DNA of 64,000 nucleotides, taken from the IMG/VR virus record IMGVR_UViG_3300000295_000002, positions 1-64,000 of that record; one strand, written 5' to 3'. Below are positions 54,808-64,000 of this stretch, piece after piece. This DNA is from a virus. The notes under the pieces are model-generated. The model did not search any database. It was not told where the DNA came from and saw only the letters and a program-made list of their open reading frames with translations. The first letter of the stretch is position 1. The number at the start of each line of letters is the position of its first letter. The translations under genes and the position numbers were made by a program.

Positions 54808-55361
54808 TTGTCCGTATTCTGTTCGTGATGGGATAATTCGGTTGCTTGCTTCTTCCTCATCAGAGCTTGATTGCGGACGGTCTGAATCACATTGGTACTC
54901 GCGAAGAAAAAATCCACATCTAGCAAATTGAGAATTTCAACGAGTAATGTTGCCCAATCCTTGATGTCATAGTCTCCCCAAAGCAACTGGTCGTAAACTT
55001 GTTGGTATTCCTCAGAATCAATGCGTTTTTTGTCATTGAGCAAGGATAGTGTGATTACTCTTGCCACCGATGGAATATTGATAGCAAACTCCTTGATAAC
55101 GTCACCCATTGATAAGTTTTCGCCCTTGACTATCTTGCAAGCTTCCTCTGCAATCATCCATTGAGTGCCTGGTTTCAATGCTCTTATCTCCCACTCTGTA
55201 CCTTGTAGTTTTACAATTGTAGGAGAATCATTCATAATTTGCGCCAGACGTTCCATTGCAGCATCAGACAAAGGAGAACTAGGTAACACCTTATTCTCGT
55301 CTTCTATAGCTTGTTTCTTAGCCTTATTCGGGTCTTTTTGTGCTCTATATACTTTTCCCAT
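54804..55361 (-). CDS. tail assembly chaperone-position protein
   Basis: Synteny; ATGA overlap with the next gene. Confidence 0.4.
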   Translation of the reverse strand: MGKVYRAQKDPNKAKKQAIEDENKVLPSSPLSDAAMERLAQIMNDSPTIVKLQGTEWEIRALKPGTQWMIAEEACKIVKGENLSMGDVIKEFAINIPSVARVITLSLLNDKKRIDSEEYQQVYDQLLWGDYDIKDWATLLVEILNLLDVDFFFASTNVIQTVRNQALMRKKQATELSHHEQNTDK

Positions 55362-55370
55362 ATATATGAA

Positions 55371-55820
55371 TTACTTTCTAATCACACTTACTGTTCCATT
55401 ATACTTCTTGGATAGGTTTTGTAGCTTTTGAAACGACATTGAAATAACTCTGTAAGATTGTTTCAGATTACCACCGCCATCTTCCAATATCTTAGCGTAT
55501 GGCATAGTCGCAACAACTGCCAAATCAATTACTCCACTAGGGGAATAATCGTTTTTGAGATATTCGTTTATCGCCTCACGACCTTTAATTTCTTCTCCAT
55601 ACCAATTCTTGCCTTTGGATGCTTTTGGTGAGGACGATAAGTAACCTATCTTCTCAAGCTTGCCTTCGACATAAATGCCATATCCGTAAGAATCATAGAG
55701 GTTGTATGTTCGATGTGTGTACGTAATCTCTTGAATACATTCTCTTAACACATTCTTTGCATCCTTGTCTAATTCCTTCGTAATAAGCTTTAATGCTTTT
55801 TGGTATAATGTTTCAGCCAT
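55371..55820 (-). CDS. HK97 gp10-like head-tail joining / tail completion protein
   Basis: VATMPYAKILEDGGG resembles the gp10-family YA..vE.G motif; position in the module. Confidence 0.45.
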   Translation of the reverse strand: MAETLYQKALKLITKELDKDAKNVLRECIQEITYTHRTYNLYDSYGYGIYVEGKLEKIGYLSSSPKASKGKNWYGEEIKGREAINEYLKNDYSPSGVIDLAVVATMPYAKILEDGGGNLKQSYRVISMSFQKLQNLSKKYNGTVSVIRK

Positions 55821-55902
55821 AAATGATAAAACTTAAAAAGGAGCGGACAGCATTAAAGCCGCCGCCCCTTGTATATAGTCGAGAATTGTTGAAGAACCTA
55901 CA

Positions 55903-56493
55903 TTATTCACCAGAAGTTGGCAATGAATAGTTGTGGTCGACATAGAATGGTGTGCGAACAGTCTTAGCACCAACGGTAAGCGCAATATCCTTGGCAGTAC
56001 CAGCCAATGCAATACGAGCCAAGTTTGAATTGAGAGATTCAATAGTCAACTTAGAATTGAGCTGAACCTTTGGGAGAACGTAAGCCTCCATTGTAGTTCC
56101 ATTAGGTTGAACCTGTACAACATCAATCTTTGCATACTTTGCTTTGTAAATCGAAGGTGCAAGAGTCTTCTTTCCTGTTGCATCGTCTGTAAAGTCACAC
56201 AATGCAGTCAAAAGTTCCTTCTGCGTATCTCCAATCTCTGCTGCAAACTGCCACTTACCAAGCTTAACAATGGAAATGATAGGAGAGTCAGAAGTCTCAC
56301 ACTCAATATCGGTGGTATCGTTATCATCTTGTGAAATAGATGTCGTGTCCTCAATAACATCCTCGAGAATGTAAGAATCACCCTTTGGAGCAGATTCGTC
56401 ACTCTCTGTGCCATCGAACAATGTGGCAACAATATAATCTGGCTTGATGAACTTGACAGCTCCCGCACCAGTATTTATAACCTTTTTCGCCAT
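55903..56493 (-). CDS. major tail protein candidate
   Basis: Position upstream of the chaperones; size about 200 aa. Confidence 0.45.
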   Translation of the reverse strand: MAKKVINTGAGAVKFIKPDYIVATLFDGTESDESAPKGDSYILEDVIEDTTSISQDDNDTTDIECETSDSPIISIVKLGKWQFAAEIGDTQKELLTALCDFTDDATGKKTLAPSIYKAKYAKIDVVQVQPNGTTMEAYVLPKVQLNSKLTIESLNSNLARIALAGTAKDIALTVGAKTVRTPFYVDHNYSLPTSGE

Positions 56494-56537
56494 AATATAA
56501 TGAGTTTTAAATGTTACATTTAATAGATTTTATATAT

Positions 56538-56936
56538 TTATCTTGCGATAACTGAAACAGAAATCATCTGAAAATGGAACTGGCGGTTTGAATCATATCC
56601 GCTATCACGGTAAAGAACTTGAATTGTATAGTCCTTATTATTAGAGTGTTTAATCACATCGTCAAGGATTCCTTCCATCTTATCCAGTAACTTTACATTC
56701 TTTCTAAGTGGAGTTCCCTTTGGTCTTGCATAGAGATAAATGTTAGCATAGCCAGAGGAATAACCGCCATAATCTCTTTGCTGACCAACGTCCACATTGA
56801 CAAAATCATCCCAGTTCTTACTAGTTGTAGGTGGTAATTCTCCGACAAATATGTTGTCTGAGATTTTTCCCTTAGTAAGAAGCATCGAAAAGAAATTCTC
56901 AATTCGAGACAATCTGCGATTAATCCTCTGTGCCAT
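56538..56936 (-). CDS. head-tail connector-region protein
   Basis: Synteny only. Confidence 0.35.
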   Translation of the reverse strand: MAQRINRRLSRIENFFSMLLTKGKISDNIFVGELPPTTSKNWDDFVNVDVGQQRDYGGYSSGYANIYLYARPKGTPLRKNVKLLDKMEGILDDVIKHSNNKDYTIQVLYRDSGYDSNRQFHFQMISVSVIAR

Positions 56937-56977
56937 ACCTTGTTATCCTAAATACATTTTACCTTATGATGAAAAAA

Positions 56978-57409
56978 CTAAATATCAGTACCCTTGATGT
57001 AAGCTACACATCCGTGCATCTGTGTCGGATAAACGCCGATAACCATTCCGTCAACGTCCATTCCGTACATTTTTCCACGGAAACGAATGCCAGCATTTAA
57101 ACATTCTGGAATATATTCTTCATCTTTTCCGTCTTCTCCTTCTTTCGTTGGCATCGGAAAATAGATTGTATATCCTAGCGTAACAACACCCGAATTAAAG
57201 AGTTTGTTTGTTTCCTGAATATCGCAATCAGTTTCAAAAATGATAGTTTCTACATTTTTTGTTTCTGACTCACCTGCACTAGTATCAGTATCACCTAACA
57301 TATCCCCATCGCTTCCGATAAGGTCTCCATCTTCTTTCGGTTTTTGTTCCGAGCGGTAGAACACGCCATGATAGGCATATTCATCCAAAGCATTTCTGTC
57401 AGTGTACAT
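56978..57409 (-). CDS. head-tail connector-region protein
   Basis: Synteny only. Confidence 0.35.
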   Translation of the reverse strand: MYTDRNALDEYAYHGVFYRSEQKPKEDGDLIGSDGDMLGDTDTSAGESETKNVETIIFETDCDIQETNKLFNSGVVTLGYTIYFPMPTKEGEDGKDEEYIPECLNAGIRFRGKMYGMDVDGMVIGVYPTQMHGCVAYIKGTDI

Positions 57410-57412
57410 AGC

Positions 57413-57799
57413 TTACCAATCTGTTTCTTCAATCCATTTAACCTCTCCATCGGTTTCATTGAGAGCATCAAGTTTCTCATCCTCTCCATACTTCTTGTAA
57501 AGTCTTTTGAGTTCTGATTTGATACTCAGCAATGCCGCCGACGTGATGGTCTGAGCACCTACTGTAAGAGTATATGCGCCATGTTGGTTTGTGGTTGATG
57601 CTGTCTGATAGACACCGAATACAATCTTTTCCAAGAGTGCAATCTTACATCTGTCTTTCTGTTCTTCTGTCAAGTCCAAATAAGACTCAACATCAGAAAC
57701 GCCGCAATCCAAAGCGACATTGTTTAGTGCCGACTTGTCAAAGACAAAGTTAGTCATGCCGCTCAAATAGTCCAATATATCAAACTTCGATGCTGCCAT
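57413..57799 (-). CDS. head-tail connector-region protein
   Basis: Synteny only. Confidence 0.35.
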   Translation of the reverse strand: MAASKFDILDYLSGMTNFVFDKSALNNVALDCGVSDVESYLDLTEEQKDRCKIALLEKIVFGVYQTASTTNQHGAYTLTVGAQTITSAALLSIKSELKRLYKKYGEDEKLDALNETDGEVKWIEETDW

Positions 57800-57850
57800 T
57801 GAGAGATAAATGAATTAAATGTTATCGTATATTGTGAGTGAACCACACCA

Positions 57851-59032
57851 TTAACTACCTGCTGTTGAGGTATCAATGATTACGTGGTTCATAAAGTCGA
57901 GAAGTGCAGGGCAAGCCGACATCATGACCTTAGTCTGCCATTCGCGGAACTGACCGTTATCCATTGCGTAGTTTCCTACGGTAACGAGTCCGTCAGCGAT
58001 TGAAGCCCAAGAAACATCAATGTTCTTTGCGCCATACTTCTGTTGAAGTGTCTGGTCGTAGATAGGAGTCCACTTGAACTCAACGCTATCACCGGTAGGG
58101 CAAAGTACAACAATCTTATCATCCCAACCTTGCACGAATGTGTCAGTTGTAACAGTCTTGTTGCGCTCCTTCTCAACTACAATCTCGATAGGTGAAAGAC
58201 CTGTCATGTCTGAAAGTGATTTCTTGAAGTCTTCGTCCAAAATCTGCATGTTAGCAGTATATGCGCGGTCGTGAGCCTTGCACCAGTTGATGTACCACTC
58301 CTTAACTTCCTTGTTCTGCAAGAATACATCGCGGTACATCTTGCGAGTCATCTTCCATACGAGAGAAATCTCAGTACCGCCACGCTCATCGCGATAATCG
58401 TCTTCAATCTTTCTCATCTGTGAGATAAGGTTGCAGTCTGGGTCAGTCCAAGTTTTCGCACCAGCTTTCTTGCGGTTCTCTGTTGGGAATGGCTCAACCT
58501 TCTGCAAGAACTGCTGCAAACCTTCACCCTTGCCCTTCCAACTCATCTTTGCAGTTGTCATAATCTGTGCTGTCAAGTTAGAGAGTGTTGCCTCTGCTGA
58601 GTTCTTACCTACCTGAACAACATCGCGCACCCAAGCAGCCATAAGGTCTGCATCGTTTCCGAACTGCTCAAAGAGTTTTTCCTTATACTCGCGTTGTCTT
58701 GCGTTTTCAGACCACTTGTAACCGATGAAGTCTGGAATTGTACCTGTGTACATCTCCAAGCCCTCGTTGTCCATTTCTGGAGCATCGCCAAGTGGAGCGC
58801 GAAGGTGCATCAAAGGAGCTGCCTCTGCCTTGCGAGACTTGATGCTGAATGAAGCCACGCCATCGTAGTCTGTAGGTGTAGGCATAGAAGCTCTACGACC
58901 TTGTGTGAGATACCATCCATAGTTGGTATAGAGCAACCCCTTGGTGTTCAAGAAGGTTCTCAGAAAGTTGATGTTATCCTTAGAAGAGAACAACTTGGCG
59001 TATCTCGAATTGTTAAAATCAAATTGTTGCAT
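57851..59032 (-). CDS. major capsid protein candidate
   Basis: 393 aa, downstream of a scaffold-like gene; resembles lambda gpE-type capsid proteins from memory only. Confidence 0.55.
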   Translation of the reverse strand: MQQFDFNNSRYAKLFSSKDNINFLRTFLNTKGLLYTNYGWYLTQGRRASMPTPTDYDGVASFSIKSRKAEAAPLMHLRAPLGDAPEMDNEGLEMYTGTIPDFIGYKWSENARQREYKEKLFEQFGNDADLMAAWVRDVVQVGKNSAEATLSNLTAQIMTTAKMSWKGKGEGLQQFLQKVEPFPTENRKKAGAKTWTDPDCNLISQMRKIEDDYRDERGGTEISLVWKMTRKMYRDVFLQNKEVKEWYINWCKAHDRAYTANMQILDEDFKKSLSDMTGLSPIEIVVEKERNKTVTTDTFVQGWDDKIVVLCPTGDSVEFKWTPIYDQTLQQKYGAKNIDVSWASIADGLVTVGNYAMDNGQFREWQTKVMMSACPALLDFMNHVIIDTSTAGS

Positions 59033-59092
59033 ATCCTGAATACTTAAATTAATGATATGTTATCATATTATTATCCTATTGAATTGGAGCGG

Positions 59093-59863
59093 TTAGAATC
59101 CGAACCATCCGTTCTCTGTTCTTGTGTTCATCGCAAGTACGGCTGGTGGAAGCTTGTTGCACTTTGCCAAGTTCAAGATTACTCTTGAATCCTTAATCAA
59201 TGCTGGAGCGTAAGAGTACTGAGCACCCTCGCCATCCTCAACATTGCTTGATAAGTTAGGGTCATAGAAGAAGTCGTTATCGCGGTCGAAGTAAGCGTTA
59301 GGATTTGTAACCATAGGAGCTACGGATGAGCCTTTCTTTTCTGCCTCTACGAGAATATCGCCAACATTCAATACAACTGCAAGAGTTGCTGAAAGAGTGA
59401 GCTTCCAAACATCCTTGCCACCTTCGGTTGCTTTCTCTACAGCTGTAACGGTAACACCCAAAGACTTCTTCGTAAAGTCTGACTGTGCCACCATGATATT
59501 ATCACCTGCAAAAGGAGTGTGATGATAGCCATCATTGACAACCAAAATATCAGTATCGGTGATTGTAGCTGCCTTTGCCAACTCGTAATACTTCAAAATC
59601 TTGACGGTCTGACCGCCATTCTTGCCGTAAGTGTCTGGGTCATATTCGCAAAAATCACCTGCGTAAATCTTAGCGCGACCCTTGAACGGATTTTTGATAA
59701 CACCACCAAAAGGAGGGTAAACGAATGCGTCCTTGTTGCCGCTTACGAGGTTAATGAAAACGCTTCTATGACCGCCAATCTTACCATGTGCTTGGATAAG
59801 TGTACGACCGCCAAAGTGACCGCCATATCCATGCTTCAAATAGAAATCATCTGCTGCTGCCAT
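59093..59863 (-). CDS. capsid-associated protein (decoration or auxiliary, uncertain)
   Basis: Position between the scaffold-like and capsid genes. Confidence 0.3.
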   Translation of the reverse strand: MAAADDFYLKHGYGGHFGGRTLIQAHGKIGGHRSVFINLVSGNKDAFVYPPFGGVIKNPFKGRAKIYAGDFCEYDPDTYGKNGGQTVKILKYYELAKAATITDTDILVVNDGYHHTPFAGDNIMVAQSDFTKKSLGVTVTAVEKATEGGKDVWKLTLSATLAVVLNVGDILVEAEKKGSSVAPMVTNPNAYFDRDNDFFYDPNLSSNVEDGEGAQYSYAPALIKDSRVILNLAKCNKLPPAVLAMNTRTENGWFGF

Positions 59864-59898
59864 AATTTGTAAATTTGTTAAATAGTGAATGAATAATG

Positions 59899-60528
59899 TT
59901 ATTCGCCTGCGTCAGGGTTCACGATACCCACAACATCAGAGAAATCGTCAGCCTTATCGTTGTCACCACCGCCAGCACTACCTGGAGTGTTGTTGTTTGA
60001 CTTCGAATGAGAGAGATTGTAGAACTCCTCTGCATCCGTAAATTCCTGTTCGATGTCAGAATCCTTGGTGAGGTTCAACTTGCTCATGTACTTGTCAATC
60101 CACTTACTATCGTTGATACCTTTCTCCTTGAACTTGGCGAGAAGTTCACTACGTTTCTGTGATACAAGCTTAGAGGCTTCGTGCTCTGCATCCTTCTTCT
60201 CTAGAGCTTCCAAGCGTTCCAAAAGCTTCTTTTCTACAGCCGAAGGCTCTTTGTTATCGTCCTTTGGATTTGGCTTAATGTCGGGATGCTCATCGTTCCA
60301 TTTCTTGATGAAGTCGGCATTGTCCTTCTCGTAGTTGCCGTTAAGGGAAACATACTGCGGCAAAATCTTCTTCACCAAATCATCTAACTCTGTATCTTCA
60401 CCAACTAAGAGGTCAAAGTGGGAATCACTCAAACTCTTGATTGTCTTTTCACTGATGGAAAGGTGTTTTCCGTTTGCAGTGAGCTTTGCTTTTAGGGTGT
60501 CTAAAAGTTGTTGTTTTGTAAACTTCAT
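59899..60528 (-). CDS. scaffolding protein candidate
   Basis: Acidic, helical or coiled-coil composition; first gene of the head module. Confidence 0.4.
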   Translation of the reverse strand: MKFTKQQLLDTLKAKLTANGKHLSISEKTIKSLSDSHFDLLVGEDTELDDLVKKILPQYVSLNGNYEKDNADFIKKWNDEHPDIKPNPKDDNKEPSAVEKKLLERLEALEKKDAEHEASKLVSQKRSELLAKFKEKGINDSKWIDKYMSKLNLTKDSDIEQEFTDAEEFYNLSHSKSNNNTPGSAGGGDNDKADDFSDVVGIVNPDAGE

Positions 60529-60657
60529 ATTACTAATTTTTAAAATTCTGCTGCAAAGATAATTAAATAATGTGGTGATTTTTAGGTTTTTAGAAACTCT
60601 ATTTGTTACGTAACCAATATAGAATTAATTTCACTCTATTATATATTATAAATTAGG

Positions 60658-60665
60658 TATCTTTG
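60658..60665 (+). promoter_or_regulatory. TAnnTTTG -7-like box ending 4 nt upstream of the terL ATG
   Basis: GGTATCTTTGCAGCATG. Confidence 0.4.
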
Positions 60666-60669
60666 CAGC

Positions 60670-63327
60670 ATGAACACGAATAAAGATATAGAAATCAGAC
60701 CACAAGAGGGCTTTCAAATGTCCTTTGCAAGTAGTAATGTCGATGTGGTTTTCGGTGGTGGAAATCTTGGAGGGGGCAAGCTACAGCCGCTTGATTCCAA
60801 GATACTTACACCATCGGGATGGCAGACTATGGGCGATATGCAAGTTGGTTCTAAGGTGATGACTCCATTTGATGGAATTGCCACCGTGATTGCTGTATTT
60901 CCACAAGGCGTGAAAGATGTGTATGAACTTACAACGCTAGATGGACGAAAGTGTGAATGCGGTCTTGAACATCTATGGACGGTACGAACTCCAAAGCAAG
61001 TGCATAAGTATCGTTCTCATAATAAGGAATGGGGATGGACTATGACTTTGCAGACAAAAGACCTTATTGATGGGTTGGAGCAAGGAAAGAAATACTTCAT
61101 CCCAAACAACAAAGCTATAGAGTTTGGTGAAAAAGAACTGCCAATACCGCCATACGTATTAGGTGTTATGCTCGGTGATGGATGCCTAACTATTTGGCGT
61201 AACGAGAAAGGTTTTAAAATTTCCAATACAGAATGGGATATAATAAATAAGGTAGCTAAATTGACGGACACAACAAGGGTGTACGAGCAACCAAGCTGCG
61301 TTACTAAATTGTTCTATACACCACACTATAAGGAGTATAAGGAATATTTAAGAGAAGAATGTTTGTTGGATTATTCCTACAACAAGTTTATTCCTGAAAA
61401 ATATCTTCACTCTAGCATTGAACAAAGAAAGCAATTGCTAGCAGGTTTATTTGATACCGATGGAAGTGTAGAACCTTACGATAATAGTTATAGCTTCTCT
61501 ACGACAAGTGTAAGGCTTAAAGATACATTTATTGAGCTGTGTCGTAGTCTTGGATATACATGTTCTTGCAGAGAAGACAGAAGAGAAAAATATACGAAAG
61601 GTGTTGCTTACGACATAGTAATACGCACCGACGATATTATATTCACAAGCGAGAAGCATAAGGCTAGATACAATAATGAGCGGAACAAAACAAGAAAGTA
61701 CGCTAAAGGCAACGACCATTCACGGATTGTGTCTATCAAAAAGGTAAGAAGAGCCGAGTGCCAGTGTATTTTGGTTGATGATGAAAAGCATTTGTATATC
61801 ACGGATGATTACATTACAACCCACAACTCGTATGGTCTTGTACTTGCGATGGCAGAGCCGTTAATGACTGACCCAGATTTTCGCGCAATGATTTCACGCC
61901 GTTCACTTGGTAATCAAAAAGCAGGTGGAGGATTCGTAGAGAAGTTCAAACAGATATTCGGAGCTGATTTCGTGAAAATCAGAGAGAGCGAGAATCCGCG
62001 CGTTACATTTCCGAATGGAACGTTTGTCGATTTGACGTATCTTGACGATTCCAATATGGATAAGTTGAGAGAGCGCGCGAAAGGATGGGAGTACGATTTG
62101 ATTGCGATTGACGAGTTGACGGAGATGACTTGGGAAGTTTTCTCATACGTCATGACTCGAAACAGAGGTCAGAGCAAGACGTTTACAGGTAAGTTCTTTG
62201 CAACACTTAACCCGAAGCGTAGCCACTGGACGAGAATATTTCTTGATTGGTATATTGGCTCAGATGGTTTTATCATCCCAGAGCGTGATGGTGTAGTCAG
62301 ATACTTCTATTGTGCAGGACCGACTGTTAAGGATGTTGTTTGGGGAATGTCTAAGCGAGAAGTCTATGAAAAATGTAAGATAGATATAGATAGAAAGCTT
62401 AAAACCATTGGCGGCAACTTTGGATATGAAGTAATGATTAAGAGTTTTGTTTTCTATCAAGGTAAACTTGGTTCAAACAAGAAGATGCTTGAAAACAACT
62501 CTGGCTATTTAGGTTCTGTAGCGGCATCGGGAGGTAGGATGGCACAAGCTCTTATGGAGGGTAACTTCAATGTTGACCCAGAAGAGGAAGAGGATATTCC
62601 GATTCCTAGCCAAGCGGCAAGAGATTGCTTCGTAAAAGACCCTGCTGTGAATGGTGACAAGTGGATAACAATCGACTTGGCAGACTACGGTAAGGATAAC
62701 ACTCTGATGTTGTCATGGAACGGATTCCATATAGTCAATTACGAAATCGTGATGCATTCAACACCGCGAATTAATGCGGAAAGAGCTAGATTATTCGCGG
62801 CGAGTGAGGGAGTGGCAGAAAGCCATATTATCTATGATGCTACGGCAGGTAGGTATTTCAATGACTATATACCAGATGCTATCCCTTATATATCAGCAGC
62901 AAAGGCAATGGGAATTTATTATTTGTCTGCTATGACAATAAAAGACCTATGTTACTTGCGACTGAGCTACATGATTAAGCGAGGACAGCTTACATTCTCT
63001 GATAAGGTTGCGAATGCGGTTTATACGCATCAAAACCTCAAATACAGAGTTTCCATACAGAATGAGTTCATGGAAGAATGCGCGGTAGTTCGCTTTGATA
63101 AGATGCAGAGTGGAAAGAAGAAGTTGCAGAGCAAGAAGGAAATGAACCGAAATCTTGGAAAAGACCGTTCTATGGATTTGCTCGACCCTTGCGCAATGAG
63201 AATGTACCCATGTTTGAATATGGAGTATGGTAGCGAGCTACAAGAAGGGTTCAGACTCGCAGCACAAGAAGTTGAAGAGAAAAATCCTAATGCTCAGAGC
63301 ATTTATGATGATACGTTGTACTATTAA
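60670..63327 (+). CDS. terL: terminase large subunit interrupted by an intein
   Basis: Walker A GGGNLGGGK|...|SYGLVLA is restored when residues 38-386 are removed. A Walker B-like YDLIAIDELTE lies downstream. Confidence 0.85.
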   Translation: MNTNKDIEIRPQEGFQMSFASSNVDVVFGGGNLGGGKLQPLDSKILTPSGWQTMGDMQVGSKVMTPFDGIATVIAVFPQGVKDVYELTTLDGRKCECGLEHLWTVRTPKQVHKYRSHNKEWGWTMTLQTKDLIDGLEQGKKYFIPNNKAIEFGEKELPIPPYVLGVMLGDGCLTIWRNEKGFKISNTEWDIINKVAKLTDTTRVYEQPSCVTKLFYTPHYKEYKEYLREECLLDYSYNKFIPEKYLHSSIEQRKQLLAGLFDTDGSVEPYDNSYSFSTTSVRLKDTFIELCRSLGYTCSCREDRREKYTKGVAYDIVIRTDDIIFTSEKHKARYNNERNKTRKYAKGNDHSRIVSIKKVRRAECQCILVDDEKHLYITDDYITTHNSYGLVLAMAEPLMTDPDFRAMISRRSLGNQKAGGGFVEKFKQIFGADFVKIRESENPRVTFPNGTFVDLTYLDDSNMDKLRERAKGWEYDLIAIDELTEMTWEVFSYVMTRNRGQSKTFTGKFFATLNPKRSHWTRIFLDWYIGSDGFIIPERDGVVRYFYCAGPTVKDVVWGMSKREVYEKCKIDIDRKLKTIGGNFGYEVMIKSFVFYQGKLGSNKKMLENNSGYLGSVAASGGRMAQALMEGNFNVDPEEEEDIPIPSQAARDCFVKDPAVNGDKWITIDLADYGKDNTLMLSWNGFHIVNYEIVMHSTPRINAERARLFAASEGVAESHIIYDATAGRYFNDYIPDAIPYISAAKAMGIYYLSAMTIKDLCYLRLSYMIKRGQLTFSDKVANAVYTHQNLKYRVSIQNEFMEECAVVRFDKMQSGKKKLQSKKEMNRNLGKDRSMDLLDPCAMRMYPCLNMEYGSELQEGFRLAAQEVEEKNPNAQSIYDDTLYY
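60781..61827 (+). mobile_element. intein (349 codons) with LAGLIDADG homing endonuclease domain
   Basis: Block A-like LQPLDSKILTPSGW, EHLW, two dodecapeptides LGVMLGDGCL and LAGLFDTDGS, block F CQCILV, and a terminal THN followed by Ser+1. Confidence 0.8.
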
Positions 63328-63338
63328 TTTTAGAATAT

Positions 63339-63929
63339 ATGCTGAAAAAAGAAAATATAAAAATGATTCTTGAATCCGTGCGGATTGACTGGGATAAATG
63401 TGATGAGAAAGACATTGCATTTGCTATCCTCTGTGACGCATTGGAAGATAAGACTTTAGCGTATCGTCTTGCTTATCGTAAGAGTGAAAAGGATGCCGCG
63501 AAATTCTACGAAACTCCACGATTCAAGAAACTGCTAGATGTTCTAGAACCTTTCGGTATCGGCAATGTTAATAACAACGCTATTACCAAAGAAGAGAACA
63601 AAAACGAGCTTCTCAAAATGCTTGACAAGATAGACCAAGCTCTTAGCGACGGAAATCTTGAACCGAAAGATGCATTGAAGATGCAGACTGATATACGTGT
63701 AAAGCTGAATGACAAATTCGAAATGGAAGAGTCACAGAAGCAGAAACGAATCATTGTAGTACCAAGTAAGCATGATATTGTTTGCCCTACTACCAATAGA
63801 GAATGTAACTACTGGCCTTCAAGAAAGGCTTGTTGCAGACACTTCGGTTTGATTGACCCACAAGAGAATAACGATTCACAAAATAACAACGATGTTGAAC
63901 CATCATTAAATAACAATAGCGATGAGTAG
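63339..63929 (+). CDS. hypothetical protein
   Basis: ORF track. Confidence 0.55.
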   Translation: MLKKENIKMILESVRIDWDKCDEKDIAFAILCDALEDKTLAYRLAYRKSEKDAAKFYETPRFKKLLDVLEPFGIGNVNNNAITKEENKNELLKMLDKIDQALSDGNLEPKDALKMQTDIRVKLNDKFEMEESQKQKRIIVVPSKHDIVCPTTNRECNYWPSRKACCRHFGLIDPQENNDSQNNNDVEPSLNNNSDE

Positions 63930-64000
63930 AAAGAGACAAGACATAATCAATGATTTTTTGGAGAATCCTCAGAAATTGCTTCTGAAAAAGCCGTTTTTGA
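63922..64000 (+). CDS. hypothetical protein, N-terminal fragment (portal-position gene?)
   Basis: The ATG overlaps the upstream stop and the frame is open to the window edge. The function guess is from synteny only. Confidence 0.35.
   Translation, partial: MSRKRQDIINDFLENPQKLLLKKPFL

Noticed and set aside
54583-55361. Programmed -1 frameshift (G/GT type) between the two chaperone-position genes
   Set aside because: I found no XXXYYYZ slippery heptamer near the end of 54804-55361. The second gene has its own ATG in an ATGA overlap.
1-64000. Retron, DGR or CRISPR-Cas, or other known defence cassettes
   Set aside because: No reverse transcriptase, Cas-like protein or repeat-spacer array was recognisable in any frame.

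Overview
This window reads as a large part of a temperate tailed-phage or prophage genome. It is AT-rich with densely packed small genes. The layout is as follows.

- **1-40122, minus strand:** an early, replication and recombination block. It holds an SNF2 helicase, an OB-fold SSB, a RecE-like nuclease plus a RecT-like annealase, a NinB-like protein, two DNA methyltransferases and a beta-clamp-like fusion protein. Inserted in this block are a six-gene tRNA/tRNA-like array (19.9-21.4 kb) and a lysogeny module at 21.5-24.2 kb (Xis-like protein, divergent HTH pair, tyrosine integrase). An antirepressor region (KilA-N, Ant) and a serine recombinase also lie here.
- **40123-42092:** an ORF-free control region of about 2 kb.
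- **42093-48733, plus strand:** a block of small genes.
- **48942-60528, minus strand:** a virion module (tape measure, chaperones, tail and connector proteins, capsid, scaffold).
- **From 60670, plus strand:** an intein-interrupted large terminase.

Repeated TAnnTTTG(CA) boxes and DUF3127/DUF4494-like proteins suggest a Bacteroidota host, but many early genes carry strong AGGAGG sites, so host assignment is tentative.

The most interesting signals are:
- three tRNA-shaped genes whose anticodon loops are replaced by 21-30 nt structured inserts;
- a GC-rich structured leader or ncRNA of about 500 nt upstream of the KilA-N gene, with an RBS-complementary repeat system;
- a four-copy conserved intergenic element that precedes four consecutive SD-less small genes;
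- a class-3-like (WCT) LAGLIDADG intein in the TerL P-loop;
- a methyltransferase broken at a homopolymer tract;
- several tRNA-like mini-structures.

All functional calls come from motif recognition by eye and all RNA folds were done by hand. No database search was run.
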